The notes beneath the pieces were generated by a model. It was not told where the DNA came from, searched no databases, and worked only from the letters and a program-made list of their open reading frames with translations. Made by a program: the position numbers and the translations under genes. From a virus, in the IMG/VR virus record IMGVR_UViG_3300009151_000035, positions 1 through 64,000 of that record: a DNA stretch of 64,000 nt; one strand, 5' to 3'. This document shows positions 23,728 through 32,692 of this stretch, in pieces. Each line of letters begins with the position of its first letter. Position 1 is the first letter of the stretch.

Positions 23728-26616
23728 TTAAAAGTCTCTTACCATGTCTTGTGGTACACTTGGAGAATTGCCAAGGCCATCTGCTGTGATTCTGCCAGAC
23801 AGCGTGCCAGGTGGCACAAACGGATCTCCTACATCTAACGGTTGTCCTGAGCCGGATGTTGGCGGCTGTGGTGGTGGTGCAGGAACCACTGTGTCTTTTG
23901 GTCCTGGTGGCGCTGAATTTATTACATTTGGAGTGCCACTACCTGGTCCAACACTTACTGCTGGTACAGCTAGTGCTGTGGGCCTGCCACTGGCCCCAGC
24001 TTCAGCTGCTGATGCATTTGAGTGACTGGGGTTGTCTGCGGTTGTTGCATTATCTATTCTTCTCACATCAGCTTGAGTCGCAGGTGGCGGTGCCGTGGCT
24101 GCTTTGTTAGAAGTATTGGGTTTCATAAAGAAATACAACTTGCCTTGAAGATTTTGATAAAACCCGCCATTACGAAATTCACTAGTACACTGCATGGCAG
24201 TATACACACGACTTTGCACTGGTTGACGCGAACTTGATTTAGCATAAGGGTCAGCTAGACCAGTATTAAGATCATAATCTTGTGGGCGTTGCCAAGCTAT
24301 TTCAAACATGACTTCTCTAGCATCAAAATTAATTGTTCCATCAGGCAAGAATGCATTGAAGTCAAATTCTTTTGCGCTAACTCCACCAGCAAAACTGCCT
24401 TGCTGTATCCAAGCAGGATCGCCTACAATTTTGACGTTGCAGTTGGCCAATCCCACAGGATCATACAAGCTCTCAGCCATATTGGCCTGCGGTTCGTTTT
24501 GTTTGCCATTGTCACCGGCACTGTTTTCCGTACTGGCAGTTTGAAAAGCCAAAAATGGTTGATCTCTCACGCTGCTGGTAAAGGCCTTGCGTTGCTGAAA
24601 TCCAAGATTACCTTTGGTTTGATCTCCACTGATGGTTAGATTGTAGAGATTGTTCATGGTTTCTTTATATTCAATTACCGAAGTATTTTTACCAGTAAAC
24701 CAATAGTTATATTGTTTATGCAACCCATGGAATGTGTTCACAGGATAATAACTACTATTGAAATTTAGAGGAGTGTATGTGTTGATTATAAACGTTATCT
24801 TGTGTGCAAAATCATTGCGTTTGTTATCGTAATCTAATTGCACTGCCTGGAACGTGATGTTAAACCACACAACATCTTTTTTGTTGGCAGCATTTTTAAC
24901 TTGTAGCGCATCATTTTCGTCAAAAAACAAAACGTTTTGGTCAGTAACAAATGTGCTGTTTCGTATAGCAAGCTCAATAGCTTGAACCAATTGCATGCCA
25001 GCAGTGATAGAATAATTTCTGCTTTTGATGTCTTTGTAAATTTTTTCCATGTCAGCTGATTCTGGATTGGTATTAGCAGGCTGTACCATCCCAGTCTGGC
25101 TTGCGTTTGTTTTTTTCCCTGGAGGAATTAATCTAGCATTTTTAATTGCATTTCCGCCGCCGCCAGGTCCTGGATTGGCAAATATAATTTCATACTGATC
25201 TGCTTTTTCATACACACCTTCTCTGACCAAATCTTGTTGAAATTGATTCATTGCACCCATAAGTCCCTGAGTGATGCTGCTCTTTTTTGTTTTAGGAGCT
25301 GCATCAGCTTTTGGTGGTGGTGCTGTGGATGGAGTAATTGGTATACCAAGTTCGTCAACAGGCGGATAAACTCTTTCCTCGCCAAATTCTCCTTGTAATA
25401 CAGGATTGACAAAAGTAGTATTTGAGCCTGGGGCTGCGGCCGCTGCTTGAGATGTAGAATATCGTACATCTTGACCGAGTAAATCTTCAATAGTGGTTGC
25501 AGTCAATTCAATGTTGTAAGGTATGGTTCCTCTGCGAGTTCCAGCGCCGGACCCTTCGCCTGGTGAAAGTCCTTGAAAACTGTATGTGACCAGTTTGTTT
25601 TCTATAGTCCAATCACATTGGGTAATTTTAAATGGTATAAACTTTTCAATCACTGAATTGGGGTCTGATTTGTTGCCGCCAATTTTTTGAACCAAATTGC
25701 CTTGCTCATCGTAACCATAAAATCGTATCACCATGAGATAAACTACAGATGCATAATTGATACCATTTTTTTGTCCGCTGGCTGGCATGAAGTCTTGCAC
25801 TGCTTCATACAGACGATCCAACAAAGTAATACCGTTATTTTCTACCACAGTAAATCTGATGCCTTTAGATGCATGCGGTGCTCTAGTGCCACCTCCTGTA
25901 AGAAAATTTTCAATAGTAATACTGTCAATATAAAAATCCAAAGGAAATGCAGGATTACGTCCAGCATCAGCATCAGTCGCACCAGGTATTGATGCAGTAG
26001 TGCTAGTGGCTCCATTGCTTTCAGAAAATGTTTGTGCCGTAGGACTTAACGCTCCTTTAAAGCCACCTGAGTTTTGCGGTGCGCCGCCACTTTGCACCAG
26101 CAACATATAACCGTTTACTGTTTTTTTCTTACTGTATACCAGTTGCTTGTACTGCGCAGGAGTCATGAGATACCAACTGGCTCGATAGGTATAGCTGGAA
26201 AAACGATCTAATACGTTGTCTTGAGGAATTATTTTTTGATTGCTGCCATCTGTTGAAATAACTCCAGTTTGTATTCGAGCAGCCCCCTCTCCATCACTTA
26301 CATATCCGCCAATGTTAGGTGATCCAGCATCATCATTTGGTGCAATAGTGTCACCCATGGCAGTGCCATCATCATACTGTCCAACACCAGCACTGGTAGG
26401 AGCATAGATATTTTCACTTTCATACAACTCACCTGTTTCAGGATTGCGGCGTATGGTACCCACAGCACCTGTTTCGTCGGGCAATGGTATGCCTATGTTG
26501 TATCCATCAGCATTGCTTGTGCTTTGTGTTTGTATGAATGATCGTGTGGGAGCATTGGTGCCTTGATCACCATCACCAGCATTGGTGGTAGGAGGAGTTT
26601 CTGGAAGGGTAGCCAT
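23728..26616 (-). CDS. Putative baseplate hub protein (gp27-like by position)
   Basis: 962 aa between the gp53-like and gp5-like genes, with NVLDRFSSYTY and IVGDPAWI motifs and Pro-rich termini. Call rests mainly on synteny. Confidence 0.55.
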   Translation of the reverse strand: MATLPETPPTTNAGDGDQGTNAPTRSFIQTQSTSNADGYNIGIPLPDETGAVGTIRRNPETGELYESENIYAPTSAGVGQYDDGTAMGDTIAPNDDAGSPNIGGYVSDGEGAARIQTGVISTDGSNQKIIPQDNVLDRFSSYTYRASWYLMTPAQYKQLVYSKKKTVNGYMLLVQSGGAPQNSGGFKGALSPTAQTFSESNGATSTTASIPGATDADAGRNPAFPLDFYIDSITIENFLTGGGTRAPHASKGIRFTVVENNGITLLDRLYEAVQDFMPASGQKNGINYASVVYLMVIRFYGYDEQGNLVQKIGGNKSDPNSVIEKFIPFKITQCDWTIENKLVTYSFQGLSPGEGSGAGTRRGTIPYNIELTATTIEDLLGQDVRYSTSQAAAAAPGSNTTFVNPVLQGEFGEERVYPPVDELGIPITPSTAPPPKADAAPKTKKSSITQGLMGAMNQFQQDLVREGVYEKADQYEIIFANPGPGGGGNAIKNARLIPPGKKTNASQTGMVQPANTNPESADMEKIYKDIKSRNYSITAGMQLVQAIELAIRNSTFVTDQNVLFFDENDALQVKNAANKKDVVWFNITFQAVQLDYDNKRNDFAHKITFIINTYTPLNFNSSYYPVNTFHGLHKQYNYWFTGKNTSVIEYKETMNNLYNLTISGDQTKGNLGFQQRKAFTSSVRDQPFLAFQTASTENSAGDNGKQNEPQANMAESLYDPVGLANCNVKIVGDPAWIQQGSFAGGVSAKEFDFNAFLPDGTINFDAREVMFEIAWQRPQDYDLNTGLADPYAKSSSRQPVQSRVYTAMQCTSEFRNGGFYQNLQGKLYFFMKPNTSNKAATAPPPATQADVRRIDNATTADNPSHSNASAAEAGASGRPTALAVPAVSVGPGSGTPNVINSAPPGPKDTVVPAPPPQPPTSGSGQPLDVGDPFVPPGTLSGRITADGLGNSPSVPQDMVRDF

Positions 26617-26619
26617 AGA

Positions 26620-26922
26620 TTAGAACCCCAGGGTTGATCGCAATGTGGTAATCTTTGGAAGATATATTCTAGTGTCTGCTTTGAAGTCCAGGGGCGGCGC
26701 AGTGAGTGTGTTGGGATTGCGTTGATAAAACACCCACCACAAGCCAGCATCGCTATACAAGTCGTATGCCAGCAAGTCTGGACGATACTGATAGGTGACA
26801 TTTATGATCCACAGCTTGTCGTCACTTTCTTTAGGAATGGGTCTGTTGACCATGACATCCAAATAAAACTGATTGTAGCCAGTTTGAAAGTATGGGCTGG
26901 TACTGGTATAAGTTGCAGCCAT
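26620..26922 (-). CDS. Baseplate wedge protein, gp53/LysM-like
   Basis: YQYRPDLLAYDLYSDAGLWWVF..RN...PLDF...IYLP is the gp53-type motif. Confidence 0.8.
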   Translation of the reverse strand: MAATYTSTSPYFQTGYNQFYLDVMVNRPIPKESDDKLWIINVTYQYRPDLLAYDLYSDAGLWWVFYQRNPNTLTAPPLDFKADTRIYLPKITTLRSTLGF

Positions 26923-29123
26923 TACCAGAATCCTCCACCTGCCAATAGCTGACCATTGGCAAACGATTTCAAACTAAATTGTTTGCTGACTTGATTGCGT
27001 GTTTGCATGGGCAATAGTGTGATTGAAATTTCCATCTTGGTCGGAACGTAGGTGCTGTTGATAGCATTTTGATTGGTGACATTTTGTACTACTTGCCCTG
27101 GGACAGGGCGATTGACCAACCCACCAATGTTTAATCCTGCATTGCTCAATCTATCCATGATGGCCACAACTGTGCCTAAAGTACCACCTATAGAAGGACC
27201 AGATGATTGATTTCTGCGATTTTCCATGTTCAACCCAATATTATTAAATCCATTAGCACGTATGTAATCTACATCAGTAGGCAAACTATATCCAAAGTTT
27301 GAAACCACACAAGGACTTTCGTTAAACTGATATTTTCCAAATCCACTGAGGTATACCAGTGGGGGCGGTGTGCCGGCCTGTGCATCTTGGCCATAAAACA
27401 TTTTTGTCACTGATTTAAAAAAGTGTATTACTGCCAGCAAATATGCAGCTTCGTAAGTGTCCTGTGCAGTAAATGTACCTTTAATGGTGACGTTTTCCAC
27501 TGAGCTATTTTGATAAAAATATCCACGATAGTTAGAGTGTGTTAAATCGTAAGGGTTATACTTGGCTTGATAACTGGTATCAATACTAGGTGTGTAAGGA
27601 AATATCACACCGTCAGTGGCAGCCAGCGGCGCAAGTATTCCTGGACCGCCATTGGTTTCGCTTACTTTGTAGAGATAATCAGCATTTGGTGCCAATCTCA
27701 GTCGCACACGCCAGTCAGCCGCAGCTGGAGTATTTTGACGTGTTTGTAGTGTGCTTTGATTTTGTGCAGTGTTTATCAAGCCACGAGTGACACCTGCGCC
27801 GGCATTTGCACCCTCTGAGTTCTGTGGTTCTGGCGCACTGAATTCACTTTCATTTAAAGCAGACAACGAAACTGGAGCAGGTGATGTAGTCGGTGGCGGC
27901 GTAAAGAGATCGGCAACACCATTTGTGTTGTCAACTGGCAGAGGAGTGGCTGACTCGGCAGCTATTTGCAAATCAGCGGCTTCTCGTGCTCTGTCAGCAG
28001 CTTCGAGGGCCGCATCACCTGAATTGGCTAGATCTACTTCAGCAGCACGATCCAGTCTGGTATTAAAGGCAGCATCTGCATTTGCTTGTGCAATCTGTTC
28101 AGCATCACTTACATAGCCAGTATCTAAAGGAGATACCGGATTGGCCGATTCAGATGCTATACGCAAGTCAATAACTTCTTGAGCAGCTTGAGCAGCAGCC
28201 AGTGCTTCATCACCATCGGCCGGCAACGGACTGGTGGCAGTTGCACGTATTGGGTTTGGTGTTGTTCCAAGTTGAATTTCAGTTTGTCGATTCACTACTG
28301 GATCTGGGCCGCCAGGTGTTGCTACCGGATTGTTCACTGCGGTTGTACCAGTGGTTACAGTTTGTGTGGTAGTGGTAGTGTTTGGTGTTGTTATAATTGT
28401 CGGCGGAGTAGAAGCATAGGCTGCAAACTTTTGACTTTCTAATGCATTTTGTTGATCTGTAAGTGCTTGTAGTTTTGCATCACGTGCTTCTTCTTGTTCA
28501 ATCGAATTGAGTGGTAAGCCCTGCTTTTCTCGGATATAGTTGCTGGGATTGTCTTTTTCAAACTGATCAATTTCAGCTTGCTTTGCTGCGGCTGCCGCAG
28601 CAAATTGTTGACTTTGTGCTGTAGGAACTCTTGCCCCAGCAATAATTGTAGTGGATCCGCCACCACTCACAGTTTCGGTACTGGTTGTGGTATAGTTGAT
28701 TGGTGTTACACTGCTGACTGGCGCACTGGCTTTTTGCGGATAAGGCACTTGTTTAATGGTATCATTTTCAAAGTCTGGACTTGGGTCGTATTTCTGAAAG
28801 TTCGGATCGCCTTGAGGGACAAAAGTGCCATTGACTAATGCGCCCATTTGGCCGTTTGACCCGACTGCATAATTGCCGGCCTCGGCGTCAGTTATTCCTG
28901 CTGCCTCTCTAGCCTGCTGCTGTCTTTCTTCTCTTTGGGTTGCCTTTAGCGCCGTATATTGTGCATAGCCGTAACGGCCTTCCGGAATACCGGCTGCTGC
29001 CTTTTCTGCTGATACTCGGGCAGATTGTTGAGCTAGGGTTTCGCCTACAGGTTGGCCTGGATTGTTTTGCAACCATTGGTTATATGCTTGTGCTTTATGT
29101 GGATCGTAACCTTGAGTGGCCAT
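26922..29123 (-). CDS. Tail-tube initiator/baseplate protein (gp48/gp54-like C-terminal domain) with long low-complexity N-terminal extension
   Basis: C-terminal ~270 aa: GVIFPYTPSI...HSNY...FTAQ...PPPLVYLSGFG.YQF...PCVVSNF.YSLP.DVDY, a tube-fold-like pattern. N-terminal ~460 aa are Ala/Gln/Thr/Pro-rich. Confidence 0.6.
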   Translation of the reverse strand: MATQGYDPHKAQAYNQWLQNNPGQPVGETLAQQSARVSAEKAAAGIPEGRYGYAQYTALKATQREERQQQAREAAGITDAEAGNYAVGSNGQMGALVNGTFVPQGDPNFQKYDPSPDFENDTIKQVPYPQKASAPVSSVTPINYTTTSTETVSGGGSTTIIAGARVPTAQSQQFAAAAAAKQAEIDQFEKDNPSNYIREKQGLPLNSIEQEEARDAKLQALTDQQNALESQKFAAYASTPPTIITTPNTTTTTQTVTTGTTAVNNPVATPGGPDPVVNRQTEIQLGTTPNPIRATATSPLPADGDEALAAAQAAQEVIDLRIASESANPVSPLDTGYVSDAEQIAQANADAAFNTRLDRAAEVDLANSGDAALEAADRAREAADLQIAAESATPLPVDNTNGVADLFTPPPTTSPAPVSLSALNESEFSAPEPQNSEGANAGAGVTRGLINTAQNQSTLQTRQNTPAAADWRVRLRLAPNADYLYKVSETNGGPGILAPLAATDGVIFPYTPSIDTSYQAKYNPYDLTHSNYRGYFYQNSSVENVTIKGTFTAQDTYEAAYLLAVIHFFKSVTKMFYGQDAQAGTPPPLVYLSGFGKYQFNESPCVVSNFGYSLPTDVDYIRANGFNNIGLNMENRRNQSSGPSIGGTLGTVVAIMDRLSNAGLNIGGLVNRPVPGQVVQNVTNQNAINSTYVPTKMEISITLLPMQTRNQVSKQFSLKSFANGQLLAGGGFW

Positions 29124-29140
29124 GTCTGTTTCCTATAGCT

Positions 29141-29169
29141 TATTTACCGCTGACAAAAACGGCGCAGTT
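29141..29169 (-). promoter_or_regulatory. Late promoter TAAATA with upstream AACTGCGCCGTTTTT element, heading the baseplate operon
   Basis: Minus strand reads AACTGCGCCGTTTTTGTCAGCGGTAAATA, followed by an AGGA SD-like sequence and the ATG at 29123. Confidence 0.55.
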
Positions 29170-29179
29170 TAACAAGAGG

Positions 29180-29207
29180 TTGACAATTGTTGTAAATATG
29201 CTACAAT
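29180..29207 (+). promoter_or_regulatory. Host sigma70-type promoter for the gp55-gp47-gp46 operon
   Basis: TTGACA (29180-29185), 16-nt spacer ending in TGc, TACAAT (29202-29207); SD AAGGAG at 29214-29219. Confidence 0.7.
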
Positions 29208-29232
29208 CCTAACAAGGAGACTTTGTCATACT

Positions 29233-30129
29233 ATGACCTTATTACCAAAAGCGGCACCTCGTGTCAATTATCTAAACAACCGTGATATTTTGAAAGAAAT
29301 TCACTTCAGCAAGAACACCTATTGCTGGTATCGAGATTCTGTACTGGATCACCAATTTGATTTGATACTGCCCAGTCTAGACAAAATCAATCAACGCACA
29401 GTGGTGGAAGCAAGAAAAAATCGTGCTGATCGTATCAAACGCGAAACAGGAGAAGTGACTGACCAAAAGAAAATCCCCAATACTGATCTAGTGTTCCGCA
29501 TCACTTGCTGGGATCATATTCCTAAAGCACCTAAAAAAATTACCAAAGCCGAAGCCAAGCGCAAAAAGCTAGAGGATATTTTTGAATTAGACGATGTAGC
29601 AGAAGATCCATTGGCAGATATCGTAGATGTGCCAGTACTGGATCTAAATCATGTGCGTGTGAACTTTCCTCCGTTTGAACAGTATAGGCTAGACGAGGAC
29701 AAAAAGCCTTTCATTGTGGGCCGTAGCCACTGGAAGGGCGATTTAGTCACAGGAGAGTTTTCCAAAGATCACGGCACCATGACCAAAAAACTTGCACTGA
29801 TGTTTATGAAACTGTGCGAACGCTATGCCACACGTTCTAACTGGCGTGGCTACACTTACAACGAGGAAATGCGTGGACAAGCTCTTTTACAACTTTCTCA
29901 AATTGGTCTTCAATTTGACGAATCTAAATCGCAAAACCCCTTTGCTTACTATACTGCTGCTATCACTAATAGCTTTACACGGATTCTTAACATCGAAAAG
30001 AAAAATCAGAATATCAGAGATGACATCCTGGAGATGAACGGCCTGAACCCATCATGGACTAGACAGAACTCCGGCAAAGCTGGCATGGCTGCCATGTCCG
30101 GTCCGGTTGTATCTAGCTTGGATGAGTAG
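29233..30129 (+). CDS. gp55: Late-transcription sigma factor, T4 gp55-like
   Basis: NYLNNRDILKEI N-terminus and NWRGYTYNEEM...FDESKSQNPFAYYT.AITNSF.RIL..EKK are gp55 hallmarks; upstream of gp47/gp46 as in T4. Confidence 0.9.
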   Translation: MTLLPKAAPRVNYLNNRDILKEIHFSKNTYCWYRDSVLDHQFDLILPSLDKINQRTVVEARKNRADRIKRETGEVTDQKKIPNTDLVFRITCWDHIPKAPKKITKAEAKRKKLEDIFELDDVAEDPLADIVDVPVLDLNHVRVNFPPFEQYRLDEDKKPFIVGRSHWKGDLVTGEFSKDHGTMTKKLALMFMKLCERYATRSNWRGYTYNEEMRGQALLQLSQIGLQFDESKSQNPFAYYTAAITNSFTRILNIEKKNQNIRDDILEMNGLNPSWTRQNSGKAGMAAMSGPVVSSLDE

Positions 30130-30141
30130 TATACTAGCAGG

Positions 30142-31158
30142 ATGACTAATCTATTTCGCAAAGCCGCAATCTTCACTGACATACACTTTGGACTCAAATC
30201 CAATTCAACCTTGCACAATGAAGATTGTTTGGCTTTTGTAAAATGGGCCACAGCCAAGGCCAAGGCGGAAGGTTGCGAAACTGCCATGTTCCTGGGCGAC
30301 TGGCACAACAATCGAGCCAGTCTTAACATTGTTACACTCAACTACAGCCTTCGATCACTGGAGCACCTGAATGCTAATTTTGAACATGTGTATTTTATTC
30401 CTGGTAATCACGATTTGTATTATCGGGATAAACGTGATATACAGAGCGTGGAATGGGCACGACATCTCCCGAATGTTACTATATGTAACGATTGGTTCCA
30501 TAGTGGTGATGTTGTTATTGCCCCTTGGCTGTGCGGTGACGATCACAAGAGAATACCCAAACTAAACGGCAAGTACATGTTTGGGCACTTTGAACTGCCG
30601 GGCTACTTGATGAACGCCATGGTAGAGATGCCGGATCATGGCGAAGTGCGTAGAGAAGACTTTGAAAATTTTGAACATGTATTCACCGGACACTTCCACA
30701 AACGACAGACTAAGAAAAATATTACCTATATCGGTAATGCGTTCCCTCACAATTATGCAGATGCTGGTGACGACGAAAGAGGACTTACTATACTGGAATG
30801 GGGAGCAGCGCCTGCGTTTCATGCTTGGCCTGCTCAACCGACGTATAGAGTATACGGTCTCGCCAACCTTATTGATAACGCTCCAACTCTTCTTAAGCCC
30901 AAGATGCATGTGCGTGTTGGACTAGACATTGAGATTTCATACGAAGAAGCCAACTTCATCAAAGAAACTTTTGTAAAAGATTACGACTTACGTGAGATGA
31001 GTTTGATTCCAAACAAGAATTCAGATGTGGACACAGACATGGCGCCAGGCGAAATCAAATTTGAGTCAGTAGATCAAATTGTTACAGACCAACTCACAAA
31101 TATTGAGTCAGAATTTTACGACAATAAGCTACTATTGAAGATTTATCAGAACCTATGA
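30142..31158 (+). CDS. gp47: Recombination endonuclease subunit (Mre11/SbcD-like), T4 gp47
   Basis: Metallophosphoesterase motifs DIHFG, LGDW, GNHD, GHFE and GHFH. Confidence 0.93.
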   Translation: MTNLFRKAAIFTDIHFGLKSNSTLHNEDCLAFVKWATAKAKAEGCETAMFLGDWHNNRASLNIVTLNYSLRSLEHLNANFEHVYFIPGNHDLYYRDKRDIQSVEWARHLPNVTICNDWFHSGDVVIAPWLCGDDHKRIPKLNGKYMFGHFELPGYLMNAMVEMPDHGEVRREDFENFEHVFTGHFHKRQTKKNITYIGNAFPHNYADAGDDERGLTILEWGAAPAFHAWPAQPTYRVYGLANLIDNAPTLLKPKMHVRVGLDIEISYEEANFIKETFVKDYDLREMSLIPNKNSDVDTDMAPGEIKFESVDQIVTDQLTNIESEFYDNKLLLKIYQNL

Positions 31159-31961
31159 TCTATTGTGTTTGGTATCCCAGTGGTGGATTTGGGCACTTTA
31201 TCAATGCGGTATTAACCTTGCATGGTGATAATTTTGTAAGACCATCAAAGTCTTTAGAATTTTCCAAAAACGGCAATAGCCATAATCTTGATTTGGTTGT
31301 TCCCAAGTACTTGTACGAATGCTGGCCAGGCGGAATTGAGTTCCTCAATGGTAAAAATTATTGTGTGCTAGTAGACAACGGGATCAACAACGAGTCAACT
31401 CAGTTTAAATCTATATTTCCCAATTCAATTGTTATCAAAATTTGTTATACAGATCGTACTTGGCCTATTGTTGCTCGAACTATGATTGATAAAGCCATGG
31501 AAAGCAGTCTTGAAGAACAATTGTCAACTGATGTTTGGAACACAGATGCTCCTTGGGCACGGCGTGAAAAGTATTTTTTGTTTTTGCGTGATCATGAATT
31601 TAGGCATGCATGGAAATCTCAAGAAGATAGTGCAATATACATAGACGAGTTATACAATGACTATGATGAGTTTTTTTACACCGTAAATTCTATTGTAAAA
31701 CTAAACTGGTGCAAAGATTTATGGTCCGAATGGCGCACTGCAAATGCCACGTACATTGATCCAATCAAAGATGCAAAAAGTGTTTTGAACTATGTAAAAA
31801 TGCAATGTTCATCTGACTTGACACATGTTACAGACATATGGACTCAGGCTGTGATTTACTATTACATTTGGCTGGAGTTTGGCATTGAAGTTCCTCACAA
31901 CGATTTTGCTGACTTTTTTACTAATACCGATCAAATTATAAAGCTAACATGCGAGTATTAA
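31155..31961 (+). CDS. Hypothetical protein (possible sulfotransferase-like/P-loop fold)
   Basis: 268 aa with ATGA coupling to gp47; N-terminal beta-strand then YPSGGFGHF glycine loop. Function uncertain. Confidence 0.6.
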   Translation: MIYCVWYPSGGFGHFINAVLTLHGDNFVRPSKSLEFSKNGNSHNLDLVVPKYLYECWPGGIEFLNGKNYCVLVDNGINNESTQFKSIFPNSIVIKICYTDRTWPIVARTMIDKAMESSLEEQLSTDVWNTDAPWARREKYFLFLRDHEFRHAWKSQEDSAIYIDELYNDYDEFFYTVNSIVKLNWCKDLWSEWRTANATYIDPIKDAKSVLNYVKMQCSSDLTHVTDIWTQAVIYYYIWLEFGIEVPHNDFADFFTNTDQIIKLTCEY

Positions 31962-32692
31962 CATTATCAGACGGGTTTGGCGATCCTTACCCTCCAAATT
32001 CTTGGTATCTAAAATATTACAAGTGGCCAGAAATAATTGGTCTGATGACCAAAGACACAACAATCAACAATCGAAGTAGATATGGTGCCGGTAATGAATT
32101 TATGATCAACATGCTAAAACATCACATTGATCAAACAGATATGGTATTAGTGCAATGGTCAATACCAAGAAGATTAGATTTGATATTGACAGATCAGAAT
32201 GTAAAATTTTGGGAACCTGCAATAGCCAGTGATACTGCTTATCATGACAATATTGTAAATTGCGGCCAAGATCGTTTTTGGATCAGTAGTGCATCCGTTA
32301 TAAAACCTGTGAGAGACTATCACGAACACTATGTATCAATGAGACAGCATCAATTAAGGTCGCAAATTTACATAGACTATGCTAAACTGTTGCTTGATAA
32401 ACACAAGATACCTTATCAATTTATGTTGGTGTATGATAGTAATTATCTTGATGTTGATGCCAATTGGATTTGGCATCAACCAAAAAAAGGATTAGATTCG
32501 TTTAGACATCAGAGCAAGTATAAAGATTTGGATTTAAAATTTGTGCAACCTATACCATTGGTTGCATTTGATTTTGTCAAACAGTATATAATGCCTACAG
32601 TTGATCTTCACTGGCGTGGTGATCACGAAATTGATGCAGTTGAAAACATGCTATACAGACATTATCAAGAAGCCGTAAAAAATAAACCATGA
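31949..32692 (+). CDS. Hypothetical protein (possible SGNH/GDSL-like fold)
   Basis: 247 aa; LTLSDGFG...W...N.SRYGAGNEFM...VLVQWS...R.D resembles SGNH-like blocks with non-canonical catalytic residues. Confidence 0.6.
   Translation: MRVLTLSDGFGDPYPPNSWYLKYYKWPEIIGLMTKDTTINNRSRYGAGNEFMINMLKHHIDQTDMVLVQWSIPRRLDLILTDQNVKFWEPAIASDTAYHDNIVNCGQDRFWISSASVIKPVRDYHEHYVSMRQHQLRSQIYIDYAKLLLDKHKIPYQFMLVYDSNYLDVDANWIWHQPKKGLDSFRHQSKYKDLDLKFVQPIPLVAFDFVKQYIMPTVDLHWRGDHEIDAVENMLYRHYQEAVKNKP

Noticed and set aside
1320-29212. Numerous plus-strand ORFs of 60-224 aa opposite the baseplate genes
   Set aside because: Antisense shadows of long genuine genes, without SD/promoter support or recognisable motifs.
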